A stretch of 56,727 nucleotides of DNA, the filler included, from Sphacelaria rigidula (Eukaryota), in assembly GCA_964200075.2 (NCBI GenBank). It is 6 parts of 6 records of this genome, joined end to end, with 100 filler letters (N's around TTAATTAATTAA, not from the genome) between each part and the next. Parts side by side here need not be neighbours in the genome. Positions count along the whole stretch, not along the records: positions 9,473 to 18,844 come from CAXNAA020008652.1; positions 18,945 to 28,315 come from CAXNAA020008653.1; 4 more parts are not named here. The stretch is one strand, 5' to 3'. Shown here one piece after another: positions 11,191-24,200 of this stretch. The translations under genes and the position numbers were made by a program. Under the pieces are notes generated by a model. The model worked only from the letters and a program-made list of their open reading frames with translations. It was not told the DNA's origin and did not search any database. Positions within the stretch are counted from its first letter, which is position 1. Every line of letters starts with the position of its first letter.

Positions 11191-11579
11191 ACTTTTATGG
11201 CAAGCACGAATCTCGATTTTTTCAATGTCGGCGGGGAAAAAATCGGGGAACGCGTTGTATGGACACGGATGTGGACCAAATCGGGGGCGAAAAAATCGGG
11301 GGGTCACGATCGCGGAACGGTTTCCCCCGATTTTTCGAAAAATCGGGGCAAATTGTTCACACGCGGCCATTCGGCTGCCCCCATAAACATCCTCTATCGC
11401 GATTTTCATCCTCTCGGGGGTTAAGTGACCCTCGGAGGATAAAAATACCCTCTAGAGCACCACACCCCACTCACCACACACACCACACACCACACAGCCA
11501 CTTGTTACGAACCGCACTGATCTGCAATATGAGCCGCCTTCAGACTTTCGGCTTTGTGAAGGACGGTAGCACAGAGTCT

Positions 11580-11705
11580 GCGGTCGACGTTTCTGCCGAA
11601 CCGTCTGTATCTGTGTCAACTACGGTCGACATTTCTGCCGAACCGTCTGTATCTGTGACAGGTACGGTCGACATTTCTGCCGAACCGTCTGTATCTGTGT
11701 CTGCT
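11580..11705 (+). repeat. 42-bp coding tandem repeat x3 (VD[VI]SAEPSVSVxxT)
   Basis: CGGTCGAC(G/A)TTTCTGCCGAACCGTCTGTATCTGTG occurs three times at 42-bp period. Confidence 0.9.
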
Positions 11706-14466
11706 ACGCCGGCGGCTGCTGCACCAGTGGCCGCCCCAGTGCCCTCCACCAAGAGTGGAGAGAGCGGGCAAGCGGAGTTACCCGGGAAGGTAGCGGATCC
11801 TTTAGACTTCCCATACAACCCATCCCTGCAAGCCTACGTGTTCAAGTACGGGAAGTGGAGACGTTCGGTCGACAGGAAATCAGCTCTCTGCCCAGTCGCC
11901 AGCTGCGGGATGGTTGTGCCCTGCCAAGGGAACACTACCAACCTCAACGTTCATACACGAAGGCACCACAAGGACATCTACGAGCAACAACAGCAGCACA
12001 AGTCGGAACTGCACAAGGGCTCCTCGGGCTCCTCGACTGAAGCTAGAGCGCAAGTGAAGTTGAGTAAGTTTGTTATGAACCGGGTTGCATGGCTGTTCCT
12101 CTGGAAATTTGAACTTCTCAATTTCAAACGTCAAAAGGCAACGGCCGTGCCCTCTCTGAATCCAAGTACCTTCTCTGCACACAAACGTTAAGCGAGGCTA
12201 GTACTACGGTGGGCGACCATGGGACCACGCGGGGAGTCCTACTGTTCAAAGTTTCAAGTTGATATTCACGTCAAATCGGTCTCCCCACGCTGTTCCGTCA
12301 TCCCCCACCGTAGTACCAGCCTGGCTTCGGTTTTGGCGTTTTGGCGTAAACGTGCGATGTGCAACGTGTGTGTAGTGTGTATGGTGTGCTCGTTGTTCGC
12401 TTGAGTGAAATCGTTTTGAGGCGCATTGCAAGGCTAATCCTCTTGAAATGTTTTGAATTTCAAAAGTCATAAGACAACAGGGGTGCCCTCTCTGAATCCA
12501 AGTATTTTCTTTTGAAATTTCGAAATTTTGGAGGATGTGCTCGTTGTTTCGTTTCGAGGCCGAAACAGAGGAAAGCGCAAGCTCGACTCAAAACGGCAAT
12601 GAAAAACACAGAACACGAAGACAGCTCTCTACACTACATACTACCGAAAAGACAGGAACACAAAATGCCAATTGTACGTGAGTTTTCACACGACGACGAA
12701 CGATGCAGCAGTATGTTGGGTGTTTTTTTTTCCAGCTTCACGAGAAATGAAAAAATGGAAGCACCCAGCAACAGAGGTGTCTTTGAATTTTTTATTGAGC
12801 GTGTGGCACGGCACATCCGTAAATATGCACAGTAGGTACCGCATCTCGAGTTTTTTTTTCAATATCATCTTTGGGTTGTTGGATGTCTCTTTTTTTCTTG
12901 GTTTTATTGTTGCGTTGTCTTTAAATGGGCGGCGATGGCCGTCGTTGATGCAGTGAGTATGCGGCGCGGCGCTATACCCAATAGTCAGGTATTCAGTGTT
13001 CATTTTTTCATTTTTCCACGCAGCATGTTGTGTGTGCGGAGAGAGGGCGAAACGAACATTTCGGGCAAAGTTATCCTTGCTGTGTGCACTACATATCTCA
13101 TCCTCTCTTCGAACCCCGCGCTAATTGTTGGAACAATATACGATTTTATTCGCTCATACTTCCTGCACCGATTTCAGGCCAACTTCTTTGACCCAGACAG
13201 CTCTCCTTGGGGCGTTGGCGGAGTTCGTCGTTCTGGACCAGCAGCCGTTCAACGTTCTCGACGCGCCCTTTCTCGAGAAGTTGATTCGAGTTGCTGCTAA
13301 CGACGCCAGCCTCAAGTTACCTTCTCGCCCTACTCTTTCGAGTCGTGTGGGGAGGATGGCGGTCAATGCGGAGAGGAATCTTCGGGAGAAGCTGAACGGG
13401 AAACGCCCGGCCCTGACCACGGGCATCTGGACCTCCAACAGCGGGATGTGTATGTTCATCGGTAGGCTAAGTCTTTCATGTCCCCATTTCATCGAAGCAA
13501 GCCCATTCGCGTATGTAGCCAGATGTGTCGGAAAGCGGTTTTAGTGAAAGCCTTTGACGTGCTTGTGCGTTTTATGTGCGTCAATTATTTTTCTTCTTTG
13601 TTTTTCCTGGTGAATGTTCAGATATTCAGAGTCCACCATGCGTTGGTACGGACGTCCGCGGCCCTCCCATGCTGCTTGCGAATGCCGCTTCTGGTCGATG
13701 CAACGCTCCCTCTTCCACCACTTGTATCTAAATACGTCCCCGCCCGCAACTCTCCTTCTGACAGGTTCCATTCGTGGCCTTGACTGGACGCTGGATCCCC
13801 GAGGACCGCCCCGAGCTCGTGTCGACAACACTTGCTTGCGTCGAGTTCCGGGGAAGTCACACCTCCAATCGCCTCGCCGAGAAAGTCAGCGAGGTGATGA
13901 ACATGTGCGGCATCAGGGACGCGGCCATCGCCTTGACGACGGACACTGCGGCCAACATTAAAAAGACCGGCAAGCAGCTTCTCCCTCAGGAGTGGCATCC
14001 GTGCACCTGCCACGAGCTTCAGTTTTGCACCCTTGAAATCCTCAAGCAGCCGGATGTAAAGGCCACCTTCGCAAAGCGCAATGAGCTCACGACTCACCTC
14101 CACTCGTCCACGCCGTCTTTGGAGAAGATGCGTTCGATCCAACGGGTACGTGACATTCTGTTTTTGTAGACAGTCGGGGGGAGGATAAAGTGCAAACCGC
14201 TCCTAGCACATTTTCTACAGAGAGTACTGCTTGATACTTGAGGTAAACATACGCACACTTGAAGTGAACATGCGCACATATATTTTGAAGTGAACACCAT
14301 GGAGTACAAACAAACACTCCGCAGAGCTTGAGTTTTCACGGAAGGTATTATTGTGCGTGTGCTGCGAGTTGCACGGGGGGTAGGCAGATGTGTTGTGTGT
14401 TGATTGCCGATCGTACATGCTTCGTGGTATCTCACGCCCTCTTGCCCCTTCTATCCTTCCGGGATG

Positions 14467-14765
14467 AACAATTTTTCGTGAAACTGAGAGTAGATCATTG
14501 ATTGAAAGTAGATTTTATCATTCGCTTAACCGTGACCATTTTTTCATTGTACGTGTGAGTTACATTGCCTGTAATACTGGCGTGTGGGCACAGCTACACG
14601 TCGATATCCTCCCCAGGGATATCAAGGGCTTCAGTGGTAAGCTGCAACAGAATGTGTATCGGGCCTCATGGAGGGACATTTCGGAACTGAAACTATTCAT
14701 TCAGTAATTGATCGTTCCTCACTCTCAATCGCATCCTCTACTCTCAATTTAACGAAAACCTTGTC
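14467..14765 (+). mobile_element. AACAA-TIR MITE, copy C (TSD GATG), in a transposase intron
   Basis: Same family as 4186-4451, with GATG on both sides. Confidence 0.88.
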
Positions 14766-16617
14766 GATGGTGCTATCTTGCTCCGGACCTTGTTCAACCT
14801 TTCAGGCGGCCTCCAAGCCCGAGAAAAAAATCCCCACCCACTCTGCAACTCGCTGGAACTCCAGCTACGAACAGGGGCGTGGGATCTTGAACAAGAAGTA
14901 CTGTGTGCAGTAGCTGTGCGACCTTCTTGCCACGGAGGGGAAGCTGGACATCTAGTACACCGAGGCGGGCTGGGCGAACACGAGGGCCGTCATCGATCTC
15001 CTGAAGCTCTTCTGCGAGGCGACTGAGATCATGCAGGGAGCCAACTTCATTACGAACAGCATGATGCCGATCCTGGCGTCCAACCTTTACGTGTTCTGCG
15101 CGACGAAGGCCTGCGACATGGAACTTCCGCCGCACATCAGGGAGGCGGCGGATGAGATGTTCGACGACGTCGAGGATCGCATCTACCCTCCGACCGACTG
15201 CTCGATGATCGCCGCTGTCTGCGACCCTCGCGTGAAAAAGCTGCCGTGGGGTGACTCGTTCGAGAAGAAGCGGTATCACGGACTCACGGTCGACGCGATG
15301 GTCATTGCTACCCCCAGCAGGAACGACAGCAAACCGAGGGAGACTCCTGCGGCCGGCGCCCCTGACCAGCCCGCTGTCCCGCCCGTTCGTGAGGACCTCC
15401 GCAGGAAGCAGCTCGTCGAAAACGCTTCGCTCTTCTTCGCAAAGCTTCTCAGACGAAACCCCAGATGTCGCCGGGCAGTCGCCTGAGGCGATCCTGGCTG
15501 AGGGCAAGAGGGCAGCGGAGTACGAACTGGACCGGTACCTGCAGGGCGAGGCCCTGGGAGCGGACGAGTCTTCGCAGGCGGTGCTTGAGTGTTGGTTCGA
15601 GAAACGGCTGGTGTTTCCCGTCCTCTACAAGGTAGCGTGTATTTACTTCGCCGTCCCCGCCTTGTCTGGAAGTTCGGAGCGTGTGTTCTCGGCCGCTGGC
15701 AACATCGTCACGAAGAAACGTAACAAGTTGGGCCCCGAAGCGGTCCACAACTTGGTTTTTCTTCATGGGTGCCACGGAGTCGGGTGGCAAATGGGCGATT
15801 CAAACCCGAGGGTCCAAAAACGAAATCGCTCATGAGTAATTGCCGCAGTGGAGCCAACTTGTTTCTATGTCCGGCGTTTCTACAGTGTTTGCACGTTGCA
15901 GTTGATGATTTAGCGATATCTCGTGTGCAGACATCAGAAAGAGGGCGAAAGAGTATCGCGGATGCCTAATGGATGTTTCAAGTCGGCGGGAGTGTTTCAC
16001 GTGTGAGGGTAGACAGTCATCTCTTCTCATCATGTCCAGTTTTTCTACAAACTTTGGAATTCTATTGCTTTGGCGTTTAGGTGTCTGGAGAGTATTCTTC
16101 GTTGTGTAGCCGACAACGAAAAAAAATGGTTCTGCTGCCGACTTATCCCTTGTTTGGTATGGAGAAAAGCAAAAGCGAGCGCTCATTTGCATACATTATT
16201 TTTCGCCCAGTTTCGACGTTTGGCGCGGTTATTGAATAAGGATTGCGTTCGCAGTTCGCAGTGCACAGAGCCAAGGTAAATGCTCCAATTCGATGGGAAC
16301 ATGACGGAATAGTGGCCGCGGAATATACTTTGGTATATCACCGACTTGAACAACACACTATTCATCGTGCATCACACCTCGAGTTGTGATCAACTACCTC
16401 TTGTGCGACTTGCTCCTTACACGATGAATCATTTTGTCAAACCGAAGCATCACGCCGCGTGTTGTGCCGCCCCTTCTATGATGTCAGATAAAAAATCACG
16501 AATCACACACTGGTGCTGCTTTACCTTCAAACAATCGGGCGTGCACTCCGGGTCAGTTTGCTAGTGTCAGTGTAGTACCGTGAGGTCTTGCAAGCTGTAA
16601 CCCCACCAAAACAGCCG

Positions 16618-16758
16618 TATCGTATCGTATCGTATCGTATCGAGTATCAGTATCGATTATCGATACGTATCGGTCCATTTCCGGCGTATCGAAAAAAATA
16701 TCGATATCGACGTCTTTAGATCGATACGTTGAAATATCGTACGAGCTGGGCCAGCCTA
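16618..16758. repeat. TATCG / ATCGAT repeat cluster, probable subterminal region of the hAT element
   Basis: (TATCG)5 followed by multiple TATCGAT motifs downstream of the transposase. No matching 5' TIR was found. Confidence 0.55.
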
Positions 16759-18420
16759 AAAACGGATTTAAGCTCTAAAAGCAATATCTCATCGACACAG
16801 GTGAGTTGGGCTGTGATCCGCATATCGTATTAATCGTCTAATCAAGGGGAAGGTGCCCATCTGCTCAAAAATTTGGGCCCACACACGCGGCCATTCGGCT
16901 ACCTCGTAGAGGAATTTTCAAACGTCATCCTCGGTTCCGTCCGTTTTACAATCCCCCCTATAGGATCTTGGGTATTCGCAATCCTCTAGACGATTTTCAA
17001 TGTGGGGGCCCTCGAAGGTCTGTGTCGATATTAAAACTCCCTGAGTTGTTCTTGGAGATACAAGTGCTATGGAAATCTGGAATTTCCACAGCTGTTCGAA
17101 ATAAGTCCTGATTCCAAATTATTGGAATCAGGCGAAAAGGATTTATTTCGAACAGCAGAGGCTGTGCAAATCCCATATACACTCGCAAATGGAATTTGTA
17201 GACCAGAAGCTGTTCGAAATAAATCCTCATTTTGCCCACCAATTCCTTGAATTGGGCAAAAAAAGACTCTTATTTGCGAGCAGCTTTTGCTGTTCAAGTC
17301 CCACATACGACACGGTATCGGTGGATGAGAGTCGAGAGAAAGCAGAAGTCGTTGAGAACCCATCCTCTTGCCCCCCATTTCATATCTTGGGCAAGCGGAT
17401 CGAACTCTTCAACAGCTTCGACTGGTTTCAAATCTCATACACTGATTGCGAATGTATGTACACACAGCCATGCTGAGTAGCTTTAGCTTGTGGTTATGGT
17501 TTCAGATGGTAAGAACCTCACCTATCTGAACATACAAGCTTGAAAACCCCGTGGTCCGGTGTTAACCATTCGAAAAATTATGATCGCGGTTTATCCTGTA
17601 CGTTGATGGTGACGTATATGATCATCACAACAATAAGCATGGTTTGATGCTGTACTGGACAGTACAATACCGTGTAGGACAGTACCATATCGTGCTTATA
17701 TACATGCTGTACGATATACTGCAGAGTTAGCGCGGCATATGCGCCACGTGTGGCTCAACAAAGTGGATGCCTGTAACTTTGGGTGCATGGGGGTGTTATA
17801 TACCGTGAGCTACTGAGTATACACAATGCCCTTTCTTGCAGCGTGCTCACCGCTGCAGTCAGTAGGACGTGAAAGGGAAGCGCACAAAGTACAGTACAGA
17901 CAGCGCAGGACTATACGTATGCTATCTGCTCACAGTGCAACGTGAAAAGGACTTGAACAGTGTGCGCAGCTTTGTCTGCCTGCACTGTTCATGGGTGTGT
18001 ATGCAGTGAACCACCGGTTGTTGCTCGCACCATACCACGCTGCTCAAGTTCAAACTTCCGCACCAACAAGACATACATCATACATCATGCTCAACTACTG
18101 CAGTGTGTATCTATTTCCCTGAGCCCAACTCGTGCTCTTAGCTGCAGGGTTATCGTGGTGGTATTATAGCTGGGGATAAGTGTTGTCGGGTTTGAAATTC
18201 AATCTGCGAACGGCGGGTGATACATATATTTTTTCTGGCGTGACGGTCCCAAAGGTCCCCTGGAAGCAGTTATAGGACACAAGTGCACAAGTGCTGATGT
18301 ACACGCTGGAGGATACTGCACGGCTATGTCTTCCGGAGTCGCAACAAATGCCTTAGAGGCCATAGTCGGTCCCTCCGCCAGAGGAATGATGCTCATATTT
18401 CCCTCTGCCGTTCATATTTC

Positions 18421-18760
18421 CAAGGGTAGATCGAGTAGAGTATGTACTTTTGAGTACTCGAGTAAAATACTCAAGTATTTTTTCTACTCGACGTTCGAGT
18501 CGACGTTTGAGTACGTCGAGTACGGCCTCAAATACTCTACTCAATTTTTGAGTACGTTGAGTATGGTCTCGAATACTCTACTCAAATTTTGAGTAGGTTA
18601 AGTATGGTCTCAAATATTCTACTCAAATTTCGAGTAAGCACTCTCCGTAATAATACTTGAGTATAGAGAATCACTTGAGTATGACGTCAATACTCTACTC
18701 AAATTTTGAGTACGTCTAGTACGGCCTCAAGTACTCTACTCAAATTTTGCGTAGGTCGAG
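18421..18760. repeat. 41-bp tandem repeats (GAGTACGTCGAGTACGGCCTCAAATACTCTACTCAAATTTT), probable transposon subterminal array
   Basis: Three contiguous units at ~18510-18635 and two more at ~18677-18760. Rich in GAGTA/TACTC in both orientations. Confidence 0.75.
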
Positions 18761-18844
18761 TGTGTGTTGTGTTGTCGTCCCATTTATTCTATGCGCCAGT
18801 CTACACTTTTCGGGATATGTGGGTGCATCAGCCGGGGTCACACA
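18761..18844 (-). mobile_element. 3' fragment of the (CA)n-tailed tRNA-derived SINE
   Basis: GTTGTCGTCCCATTTATTCT...CCAGTCTACAC matches 49104-49190 and 9278-9323. Confidence 0.7.
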
Positions 18845-20082
18845 NNNNNNNNNNNNNNNNNNNNNNNNNNNNNNNNNNNNNNNNNNNNTTAATTAATTAA
18901 NNNNNNNNNNNNNNNNNNNNNNNNNNNNNNNNNNNNNNNNNNNNCCTTATTCTTTTCTGTCTTCTTTTTTCTTCTTGTCGTGGGCTTTCGCTTTTGGGTG
19001 GGGGGGGGGGGGGGTTTCAAGCAGAATCTCCCTCTGTGGCTAAGAGCTCGAGGACTTGCAGCTAAGAAAAAATCAGACAGGGTCGACGCCGTGCGGGAGT
19101 GCTGGTGCAATCCGCGATAACATCACGAGGGGTAAGTGTCGGGGGAGAGATGGGGTGATGATTCCTAGTAACTACGGACGAGTGCGGAGAAATGGGAGGG
19201 GTTTCAAGTACAACGGCAGAAAAAAACGCCATACGCAGTCTTTCGCTTTGAGCCGATGCCCTGGGGGTACTTGGTGATATAAACACCGTGGGAACTCGGA
19301 AGGTATTGCGGGGTCCGGTACATTAATCTAACCTCGGCACCTTCCAATTGTTCCGAAACGTAGCAGTCGGGTCAGCATGGAGAGGCTGTAAAAAACGAAG
19401 GCGACGGAGAATGTGACACGTTAAGTTGGAACCTTAAATTCAGAAAGCAGGGCATGTGAAGCATCATGTATGACGTATGGCGTATCAACAGGAATGCAGG
19501 ATGACAACAGTCCGCACGATCTTCGAGATTTATCTGGTTCACATAAATCGAGTGCATATAGGTATGGTAAATGACCGCCTCCCCCCGGCGATGTCAGTGT
19601 TACCCTACATTACTTCATGTTACTGGACAGTGGTACGTCGTGAAACCGGCTGGGGTGGAACTCAGGGTTCGAGTCTCAGCAAATTCGTTTTTCCTGAGGA
19701 GTGCTTTCCGACGCTGAGAACGTTGGGGCGTGAGTGAGAACGAGAGTAGCAAAGAAAAGTTGACGAAAAACTCGACGCGGTGCAGATGTACTCATCCAAC
19801 CCGTGGCATGTCAATGTTAGTGTGAGTATTAGTGTGAGTGTGGGAGACATGCCACCGGGGGGATGAGAAATCGATCCCCTGAGGCTTCAGACTTGTCCCG
19901 AGAACTGGAAGGGTTACAGATACGTAAAAAAATAGAATCAACAAACATACAAATGAATAAGCGAAATTTTACATGAAAACATTACTATGATGGAAATAAT
20001 GAAAGTAAAATCCAAGTAACACTGATCGCCATCGCTATCTCAGATACGAACTGGTTCATGCTCATCACCCAAAATTAACTCA

Positions 20083-20708
20083 TCCGCACACGTGTTTACG
20101 TCGATTCTTGGAGTTAGGCCGGATGTTATGGCAAACAGATTTTTGGTCCACGGATCGTTCACCTTTGAGACATTTGACCCCCATTTTGGCCCCCAAACAG
20201 GGAAAATCGCCAAGACGTGTGTTGGCGAATTTCCCTGTTTGGGGGGTCAAAAAGTGGGTCAAACGCCATAAAAGTGAACAATCCGTGGGCCAAAAATCTG
20301 TGTGCCATAGCGTCCGGTCTTGGACTCTAAAAATGCGCACATATGTACTGCGGAACATTACGAAACTTTTTTATGGGCAAGGGTCTTGCGATTCTCGATG
20401 TTTTTTTCGCCCGTTTTTGGGGGTCCCAGGGTCCTGGGTGGACCACCGATTCCTGGCGAAAAAATCGGAAGACCCCTTTCATGAAAAGTTTCGTCCTGTC
20501 CCTTAGCATATATGTGCAACTCTTGAGAGTCTAACCACAAAATCGATGCGAACATTTCACACACTGGGCATTATATGGTCAATCGATGCACAATATGAAA
20601 ATGTAGTGGGTTGAGTATAAGCTTATTTTAACTTTAGTCGGTCGAATAGTTAAAACAAGCCTGTACTTGACCCACCACAATCTCATATTTTCCATCTAAT
20701 GACCATAT
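20083..20708. repeat. Three consecutive foldbacks (20083-20354, 20360-20494, 20573-20708)
   Basis: Arms pair visibly: CCCCAAACAGGGAAA/TTTCCCTGTTTGGGG, ACGAAACTTTT/AAAAGTTTCGT and ATATGGTCA/TGACCATAT. Confidence 0.8.
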
Positions 20709-21226
20709 ATTTGTGTCGACAGCAGTTGCAATAGGCCTATACTTAATACAGTACATTTTCGTCTATTGGATCTGTTGATCATATTTTGTTCAGGGTGTGG
20801 AACATTTGCACTGTTATGTGATGAAGTCAGCTTAAATCGCGCAAGCTTATAACTACTTCATTTTAGAACGAAAACGTCTTTGTCAGGCATGATCAACGTT
20901 AGTGCTAGAGAACTGCATCAAGTTTCCAAGTTTCGCTCCTAAGCTTTGTACGTATGTTCCTTAAACTAACCCAGGACGCACCATTTTTTGTTTATTTGAG
21001 GGCATTGTGTACCGACCTGCGAGGGTATTCACGCTAGGACCCTCAGAAGCCGGTACAGAGCGGACAAACTTCGAAGTACTCTTCAATAATATACATCATC
21101 ATTTGGAGCATCATTACCTACGGAGGCAGCAGGAGTTTCTGTACAATAAATTTAAGGGAAACAGTTGAAAGGCCTTCTGGGTCTTCGGGACCTAACATCA
21201 GTGGCAATCCGCTCATTGGTACTCAC

Positions 21227-24200
21227 ATTGTCGTCGCCGTTCGGCCCAAAAGCCGCTCGCGTGTTATTGAGCACCATCTTGGCCAGCTGCTCCTCATCTA
21301 TTCCCGTAGCTTCAAGCACGTCCTGTCACAAACAAAAAGCGTTTCGCCCGTTGAAAGTCGGGGGTTTTGCCCCGTTAACACATGAGTGCTGGTCATGAAC
21401 CATGAACGAGTGCAACCAATGGTCCATGTAATCCCGCACCAGAGGAGTGATGCGTTTTTTATGCGTAGTTTGCCCGGGAATCTTCCAATTTCGACCGCGA
21501 GTCTGTACAAAAGGACTGACACCATGGTTTGAAGCTTAAAAAGGAAACATCTCCGACCTGCTTTGTGGTGGCGGCGATGGTCACCGGTAAACGCCATACT
21601 CCCTGAGCAGTGAGTGCACTCTGCACATGGGTGGTTAATGTGTATGTCTGGCATATATGAATTGCGCGTTCTGCGTCGATGTTGGGGTGAGATTGCATGC
21701 GCTTTTGAATGACAGCGTGACAACAACGGAATGTAAACTTGTGACGTGAGCTGGTGAGCTGCACCCAACAAAATGAATCAACGTATCGATGACTTGAAGT
21801 GAGTATGGGCCACCACGTGAAGGAGAGTGAGTAGCAACCAAGATCGAAACGAAATAATTCATCGGTGAGCATTTCCGACTAAATGAGTACCGTAAAATCA
21901 CCTCCAAGGTTACCAGCTAATGAGACAATGAATAAACCAATGGGTGAACCAATGGATTAATCTAAGAACAAATGAGGTGTTACTCTCCAAGACAAGACAA
22001 TGCGAACAAGGTACCGAGGACGACGGGTGAAATATATCTTCCCTGCTTTTCACCAAAATTGCATTCCGCGCGGCGCAATTACTACTGTGAAAAACAGACA
22101 TGTGAACGAACAGTGCGGAGTGGTACGAGTACTCAATTCTCAATGCCAACAAGTACCAGTAGTAGGATGTGTATCGACACGACGCAAAGCTGGAGACCTG
22201 TTGCGATGGAACAGAAAACATCTAGTTAGGTCCAAATGAAGTTGCAAAAAGACTGTCGACAGTAGTGCAGGTCTTCCAAATTGTGCCACGTCTGCAGAGC
22301 ACAAACGCTGCTCACGGCGACACGCTACGACAATGGCGGCCTAGCTGGTGCCGTCGCAGAGAACTGAGAGCCGCGACTATCGAACGACATACGCCTGGCG
22401 TAGCAAGAACACGCGCTGCACTCACTCGTAACGGATTAATCAAAATTAGCACTCCAGCAAAACAGTTTTTGCACGCGTGCGAGTGTTTTTCAGGATCAGG
22501 TTTTTCGTACCCAACCATCACGCACGCAGAACTACTTTTGTTGGAACGCCTGAAACATGACGCAAGGTTTGATCGCTTAGATTTTTTTCAACTCGCAGTC
22601 GTTCGGCAGTTCATTGGTCGTGCTCAGAGCTTCAAATACACAGGAAACGTGGGCACTGAAGCCGCTGCTAGGTGCTACAACAGGGCTTTAGCGTTCGATG
22701 GATGAAAGCACGCGTGGAGGCAAGCAAGCAAAAAAACCGACGCAGCAGCGCCCTGCGCGTGAGCCCCTCTTCCCACCTTCGACTAGAGAGAAAAAAAGCG
22801 CACGGTACACTATTTCCCCCAAATACAATTTTTGCTCAGCCCAACAGCACAGCGTTCGAATCATGGAAAGCTATAACACGGCAGTCACACGGACGATTAT
22901 AGTACGGCTATAGTAGGGCTGGGTGCTGTTGGCGGGGTCGGACCTTTTGCGCTTAGAAAACTGAAACATAAAAATCGGCATGCACGGGGCATCTGACCTT
23001 CAGATCATACTCCCCTCCTTCTGGCGGCAGCAGGTCACCCACAGCCTCCAGAGCTTTTCCGAACAGGACAGGCGTGTCCTTGACCGCATCCCAGTTGACC
23101 GTCAGGTTCACCGGGATATGGTCACCGAATACGAATGCTCCGTATCGGGGCAGGCGCGCTTGTGAGGCTGCATCCCCTCCCTGCCTAGAAGGCTCCTGGT
23201 TGGGTTGGATCAAACCGGCTGCATCGTCACCGTCGGCGTTGTACGTGTCCAGCAGGAATTGGGATAACCCAGTGCTCGTCGCTTCCCATCGGCCGCCGTT
23301 CGAACCGTCTGCATCAACATCACACACACGCGCGCGGGGCGTGGGACAACACGAAACACAAATCAAAAGGGCGACAATCACGTTGATATTTGTATCTATT
23401 GGTCGGCAAACTTTCACCCTCTGCCTGCTTCCTCGGGAAGAGTCCATCATCTTCACCTCAACAAATTCAAGCCATCTCTCCCCCCGACACCCGTCTCACA
23501 ATTTTGTGGAGCGGATTGAACCAGGACCCACTCCCGCACCGCGTCGTTTTTCGCCAACTAAAGCATTGTGCTACTCACGTCGTCACGCTTTGAACGACGG
23601 GAATGAGATACTTTTCAGAACAAGAACTCGGAAGCATCTGCGGGAAGCGGACCCGCATTTTCCGGCCTAACGGCTTCAGTTGTACCGATACACCACTCGG
23701 GCGCCGCGGCATATGTGATCGGATATCCGTGACTGCAAGGAAGAAGGGCCTGCCACGTCCATGTCCGGTAGGTTATCGACGCTTGGAAAGTCGGGATATC
23801 GCCTTCGCAACCATAGCTCATGTAGCGACGAAATGTCGACGAGTTCAACATGTGAAGAACTTGAAGGGTGAGGACTTCGCGCTGAATGATGGAAGCGTTT
23901 CTTCACCGTGACGTCCGTTAATATTTTGTCTTCGACGATACTCTCCACTATAGCACTGGAACTTGGCAGTTACTTTCGCCTGCACAATTGACGGACTTGT
24001 GATTAAACAATACGGGACATCAATATGATATTATGCGAGTTGCATGGACCCTTCGCAACCTTGCGCGGGGCATGCCGTTTGTCCCCATACATTCACCATA
24101 AAACCGACAAGAACGAAAAATACCTTACAAAACGTACAGAACGACTTGGGAACATTCAGATCAACTCAGGAATAACTCGTGTGACTAGCTGACGGATGAC

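Larger units (their letters stand above)
11529..15835 (+). pseudogene. Intron-containing hAT-superfamily transposase pseudogene (approx. exons 11529-12063, 13178-13449, 13765-14145, 14806-15835)
   Basis: BED finger ALCPVASCG...NTTNLNVHTRRHH; DQQPFNVL; ALTTGIWTS (first catalytic D replaced by G); ALTTDTAAN; CTCH (CxxH); ATRWNSSY; CDPRVK; hATC dimerisation FPVLYKVACIYFAVPALSGSSERVFSAAG..VTKKRNKL. TAG stops at 14911 and 14953 and a frameshift near 15390. Confidence 0.92.

Noticed and set aside
14794..15507. 237-aa minus-strand ORF
   Set aside because: Antisense shadow of the GC-rich hAT transposase exon.
11341..16990. Shared CACACGCGGCCATTCGGCT (11358, 16882) and CCTCTAGA as possible ends of the hAT element
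   Set aside because: They are in direct rather than inverted orientation, similarity is short, and there is no 8-bp TSD.
18421..18760. Repeat array superficially like CRISPR
   Set aside because: The units are contiguous 41-mers without unique spacers. The context is eukaryotic and no cas genes are present.
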